DNA of 64,000 nt, taken from the NCBI RefSeq assembly GCF_009914755.1, contig NC_060944.1; one strand, given 5' to 3'. Positions 1 through 13,185 of this stretch are shown piece after piece. The first letter of the stretch is position 1, and each line of letters opens with the position of its first letter. This DNA comes from the human T2T-CHM13v2.0 reference genome, Homo sapiens. The notes below the pieces were generated by a model. That model was not told the origin of the DNA. It saw only the letters and a list, made by a program, of their open reading frames with translations, and ran no database searches. Position numbers and translations under genes: made by a program.

Positions 1-190
1 TTTAACAAGCATATGGTGCTAATTTTGTGTCAAGCACAGCTCTAAGCACTTTACAAAGATGACCCCATTGAAGACCTCATAAAACAGCCCCATGAGGCCG
101 GCACTGTGGGGATGCCCATTATACAAAGGAGGAAAGGGAGGTGAGGACGGGTTGAGGGATTTGGCCTCCCCCAGCTGATCATGGAGCCAG
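1..190 (-). mobile_element. MIR SINE fragment
   Basis: Reverse-strand similarity to the MIR core/3' end (gcacagctctaagcacttt...cccattatacaaaggaggaaa); very diverged. Confidence 0.5.
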
Positions 191-637
191 AATGGGAAGC
201 CACAACAGATGTCCACTGTTTTCCTGCCAGCAGCAGCCCCTCCTGATTCTGGAGGGGAGCAGGAAGGGCGTAATTACACTCTGGCTGATAGCTAAGATCA
301 CGCTGGGAATTCCACGGAGAGAGACCCTGGCACTCCTTCTTTGGACAGTGGCCCCAGGCCAACCGTGTCCTAATAAGGGCCTGACTACAGCAGCTTACCT
401 AAAGTCAAAGAGAGAGCAACTGGGAGAGGTTTGCAAAGGTGGCTGTTTAAATGGGGGAAGGCAGAAGGGGAGCAAGGCTAGCTGGCAATTCATGAACACT
501 TCCCATTTGTTATCTCATCTAATTCGGCCAGGCCTGTGGATAATGAAGTGGTATCATTGTTATTCCCTTTTACCTAAATACACAAAATCTGAAGCTCAGA
601 AGAAGTTGAATGAATTGTGCTAGGTTATATGGCTAAC

Positions 638-830
638 ACGGGGTTTCTCAGGCCTGGCATGATGGACATTTGAGGGAGAATGTTCTTTGTGGTGTGCACT
701 GCCCCGGGCATCACGGGACGTTTAGCACAGGCCCTGGCCTCTCCCAGTCGATAGATGCCAGTAGTATCACCAGGTTGTGACAACCAAGTCTCTGGACATT
801 GACAAGTGTCCTCTGGGAGGCCAAATCTGG
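638..830. mobile_element. MER20 (hAT-Charlie DNA transposon)
   Basis: ggtttctcagg...ggacattt...ctggcctct...gatgccagtag...gttgtgacaacc...ggacattg...aagtgtcctctggg matches the MER20 consensus. Confidence 0.75.
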
Positions 831-1166
831 ATACCCTACCCTCAAAGCTTGAGCTCTTAGCTATGATGCCTCCCCATGTAACCCTGGAGATGACCCCATG
901 ACTCTGGCTTTAGTGATAAAGGGTTGAACTAGATCTCTTTCAATCACCTTATGGCCCTAATGGCCTTCATTCAAGAAGCGTATAACCTGGTAGAAGACAC
1001 AAGGTGAGTACAAAATCAGTTGTCAGCATCTTCTCCATTGTTTTAATTCCTGTCCTCACCCACCTCGATGGCCCCAGGAAACACTGAACTGAAAAAGTAG
1101 AAGGTATGGATGGATGGCTTCCACAGAACTTCTCTGTTTTGGAGAAGCAAGCACATTTTTTTCCCC

Positions 1167-1280
1167 TTTTATTATTTATTTTATTATTATTTATTATTTT
1201 ATTTATTTTTGACACACAATAATTGCACATATTTATGGGATACAGAGTGATATTTTGAAACGTGCACACAACGTATAATG
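1167..1280 (-). mobile_element. L1MA-type 3' end fragment with (TTA/TTTA)n tail
   Basis: tttgacacacaataattgcacatatttatgggatacagagtgatatttt is the reverse L1MA 3' terminus, preceded by a T-rich tail. Confidence 0.7.
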
Positions 1281-2924
1281 TTTTAAGGAGTCAACTACCT
1301 CTGGCCTCTGTGAATTCAGGCCATCAAAGTCCTGGCCAGCTCTATGCCCACACGCCCTGGGGCAGCCTTTTCCCTTGCAGGGCTGAAAGGATTCCCTGGT
1401 CCTGAATTGGTCTTGATGGCTCCACTAGCAATGGTTTCCCAGACAGGAAGGCCTCTATGAGCCACGGGCCTGTTCTGAAAGTCACATTTCTGTGACACCC
1501 AGACGTTTTCAGTAAAGGGCCCGCCTGCTGGCTCTGACTGATGGGAGGTATTCTCCCATACCTCTACATATTCAAAAGATGAAACTAAATACATGAGGAT
1601 TAAGTACTTCAGTGAAACAGAAATTACAATTATAATATATTCTTTAACAGAAGTGAACAGGTGGTGTTTTAAATCTATCCAAGATTAACCCATATTCAAC
1701 ACTTTAAGCACCCAGGCTGTCATAATAAATGTTGTCTAATTATATATTCTTGGGAGTGCATTTTATGTTGGGTTTTTAAATTGGAATTTGTATCCAGCTG
1801 AAGTTATCTACACAGTGCAGTTTTTGTGTATAGCAAAGTGAGGATTCAAAATATTAAGTATTTTTTGAGTAACTTCACTTCACTTTGAGGTCTCTGTGTA
1901 GCTGTTCTCCAGAAAGGAATGTAGTCAAGAACAGTGAATTATAAGAGCTTAGTGTTTTCCACCTTTTGAAGGCCTAGTTGCATCCACATAAACTTTTGGT
2001 TAGTTCAGGGTAGCAATGGTATTTATAACCCTAGATTTTCCTAAAATTCAGCCCATTCTCCATGTTTGGTGACTTTATTCAAGGTTTCACTCTCACATAG
2101 TTGAATTCTACTGGTTTTAACTTTAAACACACGCAGTCATTTGCATCCCTAGAGTAAAGATGTCCAGACCTTCCTCATTTTTGCCTTACAAAAATGCAAA
2201 ACAGTGGCACATGGGCCCCCTACCACCAAAATTATAACAGCCACAATGCAACTTACATTTTGGTGGAGGTAATAGGGTAATGTAATGTTTTACTGGTTCC
2301 TACTATCTTAGGGGATTTCATTAGCTACAATTCAGGCCGTGAGATGCAACCATTTGAGCCCAGCTCATAAAAAGAATACAAGTATTTCTGAAGCCTTTCC
2401 ATTACATTACTCTAACAATCCATTCCCATCATCCTAACAATGCATTTCCTCTCATGAGCATCAGTGGAGGGAATAGTAAAGGGAGCTTGTTGAGCTCAAT
2501 TCCAAGGTCTGATTCACTGTTCCTGCTGCCCTGTCAGCCCCTGCTCTTGGAATCTAGATGCATGGACTCTTAGATTCCACTCTACTATGGAAGTTCAAAT
2601 CTTTCCTAGAAAGGGGCCTGGGGACTTCCGTTTCCATAGTCATATCTTCCTCAGGAGCATAATTTCCATGACACATGACCCTCCAACCGTCCTGCACATG
2701 GTGCTTCTCTGAACTGCTACACTGATCCAGAAGCCAAAACCAGGCATTCTCACCATCTCCTACCCTCTCCTCACCCAAAGAAGGCACTTCGTATGTATGG
2801 TAGAGTTTCATCAGTATTTAGAGGGACTGAGAAAGAAATCAAGTTGCAAGAACACACACTCTGATTTTTTTCATGCAGGGTAATGCAGCCTCTTCCCCCA
2901 AATTTGGATCTAGGCTTTTTTGTT

Positions 2925-2938
2925 GGGGGGGGGGGGGG
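2925..2938 (+). repeat. G14 homopolymer
   Basis: 14 consecutive G, read directly. Confidence 0.95.
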
Positions 2939-4279
2939 TACAGCCAAGCCCATCAGGGAGCTCAGAGCTAAAAGGCAGTGCTCTATTTGAGAAAGGACAC
3001 TATTTAGAAGACTGTGGAAGCAATATTTCCCTTGTTGAGCAGAAATGTTTTATTCTTTCTGTAAGTTCTTGGAATATGAGGCCTCACATGACTAGAGGAG
3101 CTATTTTAAATATCACAGGAGCTGTTCAGAAAATGGCCTTGCCCAACTCAGGACCAAGGACAGCTCTCAAACCCTTAGAACCAAGGACAGCGTTAAAGGC
3201 CTCCCCAGGTGTTCAGCATCACAAACAAAACACATTTCCGTATTATATACATTTTGCATATTAAAGAGAGAAATAGCAGAGGCAAATACGCTCTAAGGCC
3301 AAAGGCAATTCTGTTTCTCACATAAGGAAATTCAGGGTACTAGCAAACTATATTTGCCTCTAATTTGATGGACAGAAGCAGAGAAATACTGGCCAGGTGA
3401 AGTTTTAACTTTCAATGGTCTCCTTGGGCCAGCCACTGCAATCTTTCCTCCTACTGTTAGGAACATCTCCATACTCCTGAGCTCCAGGGCCTGCAAATCT
3501 CCAACACCACTGACCCCTCTCAAATGGCAAAGCCTTTCCCAGGGTGGAACCCCTGGAATGGTGTTTGTGGTTTACTTTAAAAGGTGTGAACAAATGTCCT
3601 TGATAAATTATGTGTTACTTGAAGTTAAATTCATCTTGTTTTTGCAATGGTATTGCCTAGATTGCCTAGAGCCTTTAGCACAACAATTGCATTTGGATTC
3701 TTCAAGAGGGGGAATAGAATACCCAGCATTTCTCAAAAGTTTTTAACAGAAAAGCTTTATGGGGGTAAATGCACCATTCAAGACTAGAGTTGTGAGGATA
3801 CACTTGTGAAAATGCTGGATTTGGAAGGAACATGCTCTTGGAGGCAAGACTCTGTCTCCTCCCCAAGGAAGAGGAGAACTGATCTACTCATGTCGGTCTT
3901 GCTCCCATACACACCAGCAGGTCGTACCCACACACCTGGTGCCTGTGATGGTCCCAGGATATCCTGATGTGTCCCATCTTCTCTTGTTTCTTCTCCACTC
4001 CAGGTTATTACTCCTGCATCTCCACATCATCTGCTCCTATCTCTTTGGAACAGCCTTAGCATTCTTTCTCTTTGCCTGGGTCTTGGGGTAGAGAAGTTTC
4101 CACAAAGAGGACAGAAGTTCTTAGCCAAAAGCAATTCAACATCCTGGCTTGTCAGCAGTGGGAAAAAATCCTGAGGGTGGAAGAACTTCAAGCATTTACT
4201 GGGACTCCTGTCTGTCCATCTGCAATTCCCTTCCTAGTGTCATTAAGAGAAGAGGTTTCATGCCTGATGCATCTGTGTT

Positions 4280-4500
4280 CATTCAAATTTCAGCCCTGCC
4301 TCTTACTGTCTTTGGCATGTTTGGGTAAGTCGCTTAACATCTCTGAGCCTCAACACCTCTTCTGGAAATTAGAGATGATGATAATAATAATACTTATTGC
4401 TTATATATTGCTGTGAGTATTTCATGAGATAATGTATGTCATAGTCTTAATCAGTGTCTGGCACATAAAATATGGGGAATACACATTCTCTGATATTACT
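4280..4500 (+). mobile_element. MIR SINE
   Basis: ttgggtaagtcgcttaacatctctgagcctca...gatgatgataataat...gtgtctggcacata MIR core. Confidence 0.75.
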
Positions 4501-6134
4501 ATTTTTCGTGAATGTTGTTGTTTTTGTTGTTATAATTCGTATGCCCAATTGATTCCAGTGCATAATCTAGAGAATGAGATCCACTTAAACCCCCCATAAG
4601 CATCCATCCTCAGAACCTCACCTCCCTGGGCCAGGCAGCAGAATGAATGTGCCCCTTCCCTTGAAATCAGAGTCTGCTGTCTCCCCAGGAGGTGCCTGCG
4701 TGGAGCTCTGCCTCTTCAGATTAAATGCTGCTGTTGGCAGTGAAACACACAGATTTATTTAGTCATCATATTTGTTGGGTTGCTCTACTGAAAAATGATG
4801 GCTCCTAATTAACATATCAACACATGAATCATTTCTGGAGTTCTAGCTGCACAAACTGCCCAGCTGCTGGTCATTTCTCCCAGAAAACAATCAAGGGAAA
4901 TATACCAAGCTGTGGTTCTCCACCTCGTCCTCTATCCTCCCCCACCCATGCCCACGTCTCCCCTGCTGTTCCCATGAGCATGACAGGCTCCATGGGACAG
5001 GAGAGGTGCCAGCTGAGAGCAGGCTGGGGGCTGCAGGGAATGACTTGGTCTTTTCATGACAATTGTTCTCAACCAGATTAGAGGACTCTAACGGAGGCAG
5101 GGGTACGGTTTCAAGAGATCATTCATCTTGAATACAGAATTGAGTCTTTTATTACTGAGGAACAGTTTCCAGGTATCTAAATCATAGAATTGGCTCAAAA
5201 GTCTCTCCCTCTCTTCCCAAGCACGTGAACCAAGTCCTCATCTTGGCCTGTGAGTACTGTCTCCACAGGCATCAGTCGCCAACCAACATGCAGGACTTCA
5301 CAAGACGGAGACAGCCAATCTGGGCTGGAATGGGCTCATGGTTGGGGTAGTGGGGAAGGGTATCTTAACACTAAGTAAGATTGTGTTTCTGCCTGTGTCT
5401 CAAAATGTTCATTCCTACATGTGTGGCAATTAGAAAAGACACATGTGTTTGAATTCCCGTTCTAACAATTAAATTGTTCAAGTCTTCTAGTACCCAGGAA
5501 AGACATAAGGCAAGCCCAGACTTTCATTCAGTCTCACCTACAATCTAGGCACACACTGCTTGCTGTTTTGATCATCTCATAGTTAAATATGTGAAGACAA
5601 TCACAAGCCATAAGGACCATTGTTTTTTTCTGCCGCAGATTCCTCCCAGTGCTTGAGGACTTGCTAAATCGTATACGTACCTAATTTCCATCTCCAGATT
5701 CTACAATAGGTATGTCTTATTTTAAGCCAGTAGACTTATTTTGTCTTATTTTGTGGCACTCTAGTTTTCAGCACATTCAGCTCCAATGCCAATCGTAACC
5801 TTGAAGGACACAATCGTGAATGCCATCATCGCAAATGTTGGAATCCTGAAAAATTTAAATCCCTAGAGTCTAAAATCCCTAACATCTAAAACCCTTCCAA
5901 ATCACCAACCTGAAAGATTAAAGTCTCAGATGGTGAAATTCTGAAAGTTGAATTGTGCAGAAGGGATTCATGTGCTTTCATTGGTACGCAGGATCGCTGC
6001 GTTGAGTTAGTTGCATCGTGTTAGGTGAAACTATTGTTTTATTGTTTCAGAGACAACTTGTTGTTGTCTTTATTTGGAAATTGAGTATGGTTTAAGGAGA
6101 GGCATATGGGAGCCAAGTAAATAAGGTGTGGACT

Positions 6135-6699
6135 TGTGGGCTTTATTCCACATGTCGACTTGACTGGAATAAGGAATGCCTAGAAACCTGTAAAACATTA
6201 TTTGAGGTGAGTCTGTGAGAGTGTTTCCAGAGGAGACTGGTGTGTGAGTCTGAGTGGGCTGATGAGAAAGATCTGCCCTCATTGTTGGTGGGCATCATCC
6301 CATCTGCTGGAGACCTGGAGAGAACAAAGACGGAAGGCAAGAAGACAGATGGGTCTCTTTGTCCGAGAGCTGGGACAGACTTTTCTTCTGCTACCTTGGA
6401 CATCACAACTCCAGGGTCACTTGTCTTTGGATTCTGGGACGTCTACCAGCACCCCCAGGTCCTGAGGCTTTTGGCCTTGGGCTGAGAGGTACATCATTGC
6501 CTTTCCTGGTTCTGAGGCCTCAGACTGACTGAACCAGGAAGCTCTCAGCATCCCAGCATCCCAGCTTGCAAACAGCTTGTCATGGAATTTCTCAGCCACC
6601 ATAATTGTATGAGCCAATTCTCGTAATAAATCTCCCCTTCTATATCTATGTCTATATACATATATTATCAGTATCATCTCTCTGACAACTCTGGCTAAT
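6135..6699 (+). mobile_element. MLT2B (ERVL) LTR inside Ricksha, preceded by ERVL internal 3' end/PPT (~6075-6134)
   Basis: aaggtgtggact|tgtggg junction; gtgtctgtgagagtgtttccagaggagact-like segment, agatctgccctca, gagccaattctcgtaataaatctc poly(A) region. Confidence 0.8.
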
Positions 6700-6753
6700 T
6701 TGGTGTTGGGGAAGCTGAATATCCTTCCTTCTTACTGTATCCTTCACAACATA

Positions 6754-7400
<647 letters not shown>

Positions 7401-8460
7401 TACTATGCTCCGTATTTCATCTTCGCATCATTTCCAACATTGAAGGTATAAATTCTGTAAAGAGTTTTAGAGAGCTCTAATTCATATTACGCATTTTTGC
7501 AAATTGACTCCATGGAAGTACCTTACACAAAGTTGACTTTGTATGTAAGCATTGTGCATGTGTGTGAAATTAATTAATTTTAATTAATTAACAAAGAGAT
7601 GTCCTTTTAAATAATAAGAGATGGCTTTTGTACATTTGCATTTGTGAAAGATAATATTGCTTGACATTCCTTTAACATTTCTTTAGCCATCTGCACATGT
7701 GGTGGTAACTCATCTCAGTTTTTGATCAATCTCCTCAAAAGACACAGGTTATCTGTCATATTTCAGATAACCACAGTCATGAACCTGCGTGCATGCAGTC
7801 ACCAATCATTGTCATACACATTCATACATCTTGCTTTTTGATCTATTTCTTTATGAACAGAGCTTGCCTGCTCATCACTGTTATACCCATGTGAATGTCT
7901 TTAGTATACCTGAGTGTTTATGCTTGCAAAAATATGTGTTATTCTTGTCGATTTTATTGCATAAAGTGGCCAATCAAGTATTCTGCCCTATTTTTATGCT
8001 TCTAAAAAATATTCCCTTTTAAAAATGTAAATAAATGTTCTCTTTAAGGATTTAGTTTAAATTTTTTCCAGAATTGTATTTTGAGGATTTTGATCTTTCA
8101 AGAGTGTAATTTTCAGGATTATAGACCTTAGGGGTTTCCGATTTTTCAGGATTTCAACACTCAAGATTGTGATGTTCAGGATTGTGTCTTTTGGGATTAT
8201 GGCCCAAACCTATTAAACCCATATAGACTTTTCAATATACATGTTACAGTATGTATGTCATTGCTATGATGAGCAACACATCTGATAAATGTGGGCAATA
8301 TCTTTATCAACTATAACTAAAAAATCAAAACTTCTATTGTAACTTTTAAGCTATACTTATATTGTCCTATATACTCTGATTGTCTGTGTATATTGTGTTC
8401 TATTAGAAGATAAACAATATTGGGCTTCACAGTTCCTGTTATTGAAAACTCCAAGAGGTC

Positions 8461-8591
8461 CTGAAAAAATATTTAAAATAAATTTTTAAGAGATGATGAC
8501 TTACATTTTTAAAAAAGGATTTGTTCTTGAGTAACATATAAACAGTACAGAACACTTCATACACCACTTTACACAACAAAATAGGTGATAA
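8461..8591 (-). mobile_element. Inverted Ricksha-like fragment
   Basis: Reverse complement aligns by eye (roughly 70%) to 7941-8071 of the adjacent Ricksha. Confidence 0.65.
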
Positions 8592-8964
8592 TTCAGGACC
8601 TCTTGGAGTTTTCATGATTCCAGTTATTGAAAACTCCAATTGCTGCTCCTTGGTGAATCCCTGGGATTTATTGCAGGGTCAGTAAATAATGATTGACACA
8701 TGCATACATACATATACCTTACATATATATTATGTATATGTATCAGTTAGTCAAATATTATTTGAATGGATGAATGAATAAATACTAAGATAGGGACTTT
8801 GAGATAGACGTTTGGATTTTATTAGCTTATGTGCAATCTTTTTTGGTCTTCTTCAACCACTAAGAGTTTCAGAACACAAGCATGTGGCATCTATAGACCT
8901 TGACTACTGTCTATCACCACACATGCAATGCATGGTCAAACCATAAAGAAATAATTTTTTTACT

Positions 8965-9246
8965 GCAGGTCTCAACCCTGGCTGCACACTGGGATCACCT
9001 AGGAAGCTTTTGGGAAGGATGAAGATGTAATTATGATGCTGGTTGCACAATTCTATAAGTATGCTAAAAACCGTTGAATTGTATACTTAAAGCAGGGGAA
9101 ATTGATGATATGTAAATTATATCTCAGTAAAGCAGTTAAAACAAAGTGAATCCCTCACCCAGAGATTCAAATTCAACTTGTCCCGAATGCAGCTGATAAA
9201 CTCTCCCCAGGTGGTTCTAATGTGCAGCCACGGCTGACGACCACTA
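8965..9246. mobile_element. MER5A-family element split by an L1MB/ME 3'-end fragment (~9011-9144, +)
   Basis: ggtctcaaccctggctgcacactgggatcacctagg ... ccccaggtggttctaatgtgcagcc flank ggttgcacaattctataagtatgctaaaaaccgttgaattgtatactt...tatctcagtaaagc. Confidence 0.7.
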
Positions 9247-9869
9247 GTTCATAATCAGTTCAGAACTCTATGGCCAATCAATTCCTTCAGACACCTGGAA
9301 TCCTGGACCAGCTACAGGGACAACTGATTATTCTATTTGTGTAGACCTGGCTACCCAGGGACCCACCTCAAATGCCACATATTATCAATAACACCTTAAC
9401 TCTATTGTTCCCAAACCCAACCAAACAATATACAAAACAGGGAGATCCTGTATACAAAGCAGACATCCGTTGGTTCACCTACCAACCTTCCGCATCACTG
9501 TCCCCTATGTTGGTGCCTGGAAATCTGAATTTGTAAAGGCTCCATAGAGTCTGAGTTCCCTGACCAACATTCATGGGGCTACGTTAATGTCTTGTGTTAA
9601 AATTCCAGTACCCAAGTTCTCAAGTAAACAGCAAATATTACTAGGAGGCGCATGTCCCAAAATAGTTTGGGGGAACTATTTGCACTCAAAGTCACAAGGC
9701 TGATAAATGATAATTAATGTAGTCATGTCATAAGGGAGAGTGACATTCGTGTGAGAACAGCTAGAGAGTGAGATTAGCTCCTGTTACTTCTTGGCTGGCT
9801 GACCATGGGTGATGTCTTCTAATCCATCGGCACTCCCTTTCCTCCCCTCTCCTGCTATGGAAAAAGGGC

Positions 9870-11032
9870 TGACCCTCCTTGGGCTGAGGTCAACTCTCCC
9901 GTCATTGTTCTGAAGCCCTTGCTTTCACAGAAAACTAAGATTCTCAATTAGATTTTATTCCCTTTTATAACCTCAACTTCTCAGTTGCCATTCTTTCTTT
10001 CAGTTCTTAAATATGCTTCTCTCTCGTCTTAATAACAAACAGGCAAAATCCTCAGGACTCCCACCTCCCACTTCCCTCTCCTGGCCAGCCATGTCCTATC
10101 CATGTCTCCATTTTGCATTCACCCTTGACTGGACTCCACCAGTTTCTGCTATTGCTTGGCTAACACATGACTTGTTCCTGGGCCATCCATGCCAGCACAG
10201 CCCCAGCATGGACCCCACCTCCCAATCTGCCTTCCTCGTGCTCTCCTAGCTGGTTTTCCACTGTGGGCATTCTCAAGGCTCTGTTCTTACCCTCTAGTTC
10301 TTATTTGCCCTACCCTTTGTCTTTGTTAGTATTTGCCCTACTGTTCCTCTTTCTTTCCTAGAAGTTTTCATCTACTTCGATGCTTCAAATTGCTACATAT
10401 AAACTGAAGGCTCCCAGAAGATTGCTCCCTACCAGATCTATTCAACAGAACACTCAACAACCCTAGCTTTCAAGTCTCTCTCAAATTCAATATACCCAAG
10501 CTGAAATCACGATCTCCCCTATAGGATCTCTGTCCGTCGTCTCCAGGTTGGTGACTAGTGTCATGCCCCATCCAGTGGGTTAGCTCAAACCCTAGCCATC
10601 ACCCTTGGTCTTTCCCCTCTTCATCCCCCTTAAGCAAAGTTCCCCACATCTTAAAGGATTTTTACCCTCAAGTATTTCTCACATCCCTTTGGTGCACTGT
10701 ATCTCTGCAACCTCATATTATTCCAAATTGTCTATCTAAAGTGCAATTCCTGTCACCACTTTCTCTTAAACCCATAAATGATCCTCCACGGATCAGGGGA
10801 TAAAAACAACAATTCCCGGAGCCTCGTTAAAGCCCCTGGATAATCTCACCCTCTCCATCTCCCCAGCAGTGGTCATGACTCACTCCCCTTTTTCTTTACT
10901 CTCCAGCCACACTAGTCTCTGTCCTCCATGGAGGGAAATGAGTATCGTTTTCTTTGGATGCTGTGTTCTCAATGCCCGGCACAGTTGCTGCCACATCACA
11001 GGCACTGGCAAAATATCTGTTGATCAAATGAA
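9870..11032 (+). mobile_element. L2 LINE (degenerate, fragmented)
   Basis: Pyrimidine-rich L2 RT-region similarity near 10370-10520 and L2 3' end (gcacagttgctgccacatcacaggcact...tgttgatcaaatgaat). Confidence 0.6.
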
Positions 11033-11207
11033 TCTGAATTCCCTAAGCCTCAGTTTGCCCATTTATAATTTGGGGCTAGTGATAGCAGCTAATATTTAGA
11101 ATGACTTTATGAAGATGCTACACGATAGCACTGCCAATATACTCAGCAGAGTCTAGCACATCACTGGGGCACCGAACAAAGATAATTATTTAAGTGATGA
11201 TGATGAT

Positions 11208-11327
11208 CCTGTGGTCCAATCTCCTTGGGAGGCTGAGTCAGGAGGATTGCTTGAGCCTAGAATTCAAAAGTGCAGTGAGCTAGGATCACACCACTGCACT
11301 CCAGTCTGAGCGACAGTCTCAAAAAAA
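11208..11327 (+). mobile_element. Alu right-monomer-like fragment (FRAM/FAM/AluJ)
   Basis: gggaggctgagtcaggaggattgcttgagcc...gcagtgagct...ccactgcactccag...ctcaaaaaaa. Confidence 0.8.
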
Positions 11328-12799
11328 TGATGATACTGATTAAGAAGAAAAATTGATCAGGTGCACACATTCATAGGACAAAACCCAATTTATACTAGAT
11401 GATCAATTAATGTTATTGGAAGCAGAAGCAGAATCTTACAGGGTTTGTGAATATCACCCCCATATTTGTATATTTGAGAGGAAAAAAAAGCAGTCCATTT
11501 TGATATGGAAAAGAACAGATTTGGCATATAAAGGATACCCCAGCTCTGGTTCAAATGGTCTTTGTGACCCCTGGCAAGTTGCTTACCCTTTGTGGGCCTC
11601 CATTTCCTTGAACACTAAATGGGTGTATTGGTCTGAAGAGGTATCCAAATTCTCCAAAGTCTTCTAGGAGTGAACCCTTAATCCTGGGTAGGGCTGACCA
11701 TGACTGGGGATGGGGCAGTCAGGGCCTCACCCCTGCTTCATTCAGAGCAGCTCCCATTTTATGTTTCTATGTTAAATTCTGGAACAAAATGTTCTGTGTC
11801 TAAAAACCCAATGGTGATACGTAAAATGTGGGATTGAGGGGATGTTTGCTTCAGTCACGATTCTTTGTGGTGCAAGCCAAAGAAAGCCCCACCCAAGCCG
11901 GCCTCAACAGGAAGAAAATGTCCACTCACAAGATGTCCCCCCAGGCTCAGGTTCATGTCTCCGTGGCTCCTGCGCCTGCTTCTTCCCCAGCCTGTCTCTC
12001 GCCAGCTGCAGCTGTGGCATCCACTGACGCCTGTCCCCTAATCCTCCTACCCACGGGAGGCTGGCCGCCTCATCAGGCAACGTCTGTGAAGGAGCCAGTC
12101 CTGGCACCGCAATCCCAGGGTGACCCCAAGTCACGTGTCCATCCGTGATCCAGCCACGGAGCCCTGGGGAGCACAAGGTGCTGCTCACGTCAGCTTGGGG
12201 TTCTGCTCCCCACTTTAGGGCTGAGGATTGAGCCTCATGTGGGTTATGTGACCTGAGGGTGTGAGGAACGGGGCTCCTCAAGAGAAATTAGAAAATGGTG
12301 ACTAGACAGTTAAAGAAATGCTGCGAGTGAAACCAAAGCTCAAACATTCTGATGCCTGGACGACTTTAAATCCTCAGAAGAATCTCAATTCCCTCAGGCA
12401 ACTTCAGTGGAAATTGCTGCTTCAGCTCCAGCTACCAAATAAAGCCTCCCCCTGACCCACAAACACCTCTGGACTATCTCTTGGGCTAAAAAATTTAAAT
12501 TTAAATCTCCAGGCCCTCGGAAAAAGCCAACTGGCCTTCTCTTAACTCAAACCTCGCTAACAGAATAGTCAGGAAATGAACAAAGCCCTCCGGAGTGCTG
12601 CTGTCTGCAGAATTCCGACTGTCACATCTTCCCTTCTCCGGGCTGTTTGCTCTGACTCTTATCCGCTCTATCTTGAAGAGCTTGACAAGTTCCCTATCCA
12701 TTCAAGCAGCTCCCTCGCCATTACATACTTGCTGACCTAGAATATTAGTCTTTTGTGTGCTACTATATCAAAAGCTTTCTTGAAGTCCAAGTAAATTAT

Positions 12800-13135
12800 A
12801 GCCAGGCTTCCTCCTGTTGACTCAGTGCTGTTTCCTTGAAAAATTCTATCAGATCAACCACGCTTGGTTTTTCCTTGGTGAGTCCACGCCGACTACCTGT
12901 AATTAAGCCAGGGCGAGCGCAGCCCCTGCCCGATGCGCCGAGAGCGTGTTCCGCTTTGGCTCCCTCTGAAGCCAAGATGAAGTCAAGCAAGCTCGCGAGT
13001 AGCGTGGAGACCTCTGTGGCCCCTTCTCCAGGGATGAGCCAAGCAGCTCTAGTTCCTCTTACGTTTTTATCATGCATTTAAAAGAGCGTCCTCAAAAATC
13101 GTAATTTCAGTTGAAGCGGGAGAAAGCTCACGGAA
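12800..13135. promoter_or_regulatory. CpG-retaining unique segment, candidate promoter/enhancer
   Basis: About 18 CpGs in ~280 bp against a depleted background; AP-1 TGACTCA 12818-12824; CTCGCGAG 12992-12999; donor-like TTG|GTGAGT at 12878. Confidence 0.35.
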
Positions 13136-13185
13136 TTTGGAAGCTGAAGCCTTCAATCCAAATCCCTCCTCTGCCTTTTAGTAGC

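Noticed and set aside
9638-9652. CTCF-like motif TTACTAGGAGGCGCA
   Set aside because: Mismatches at the conserved 5' CC positions; a single motif cannot be supported without ChIP data.
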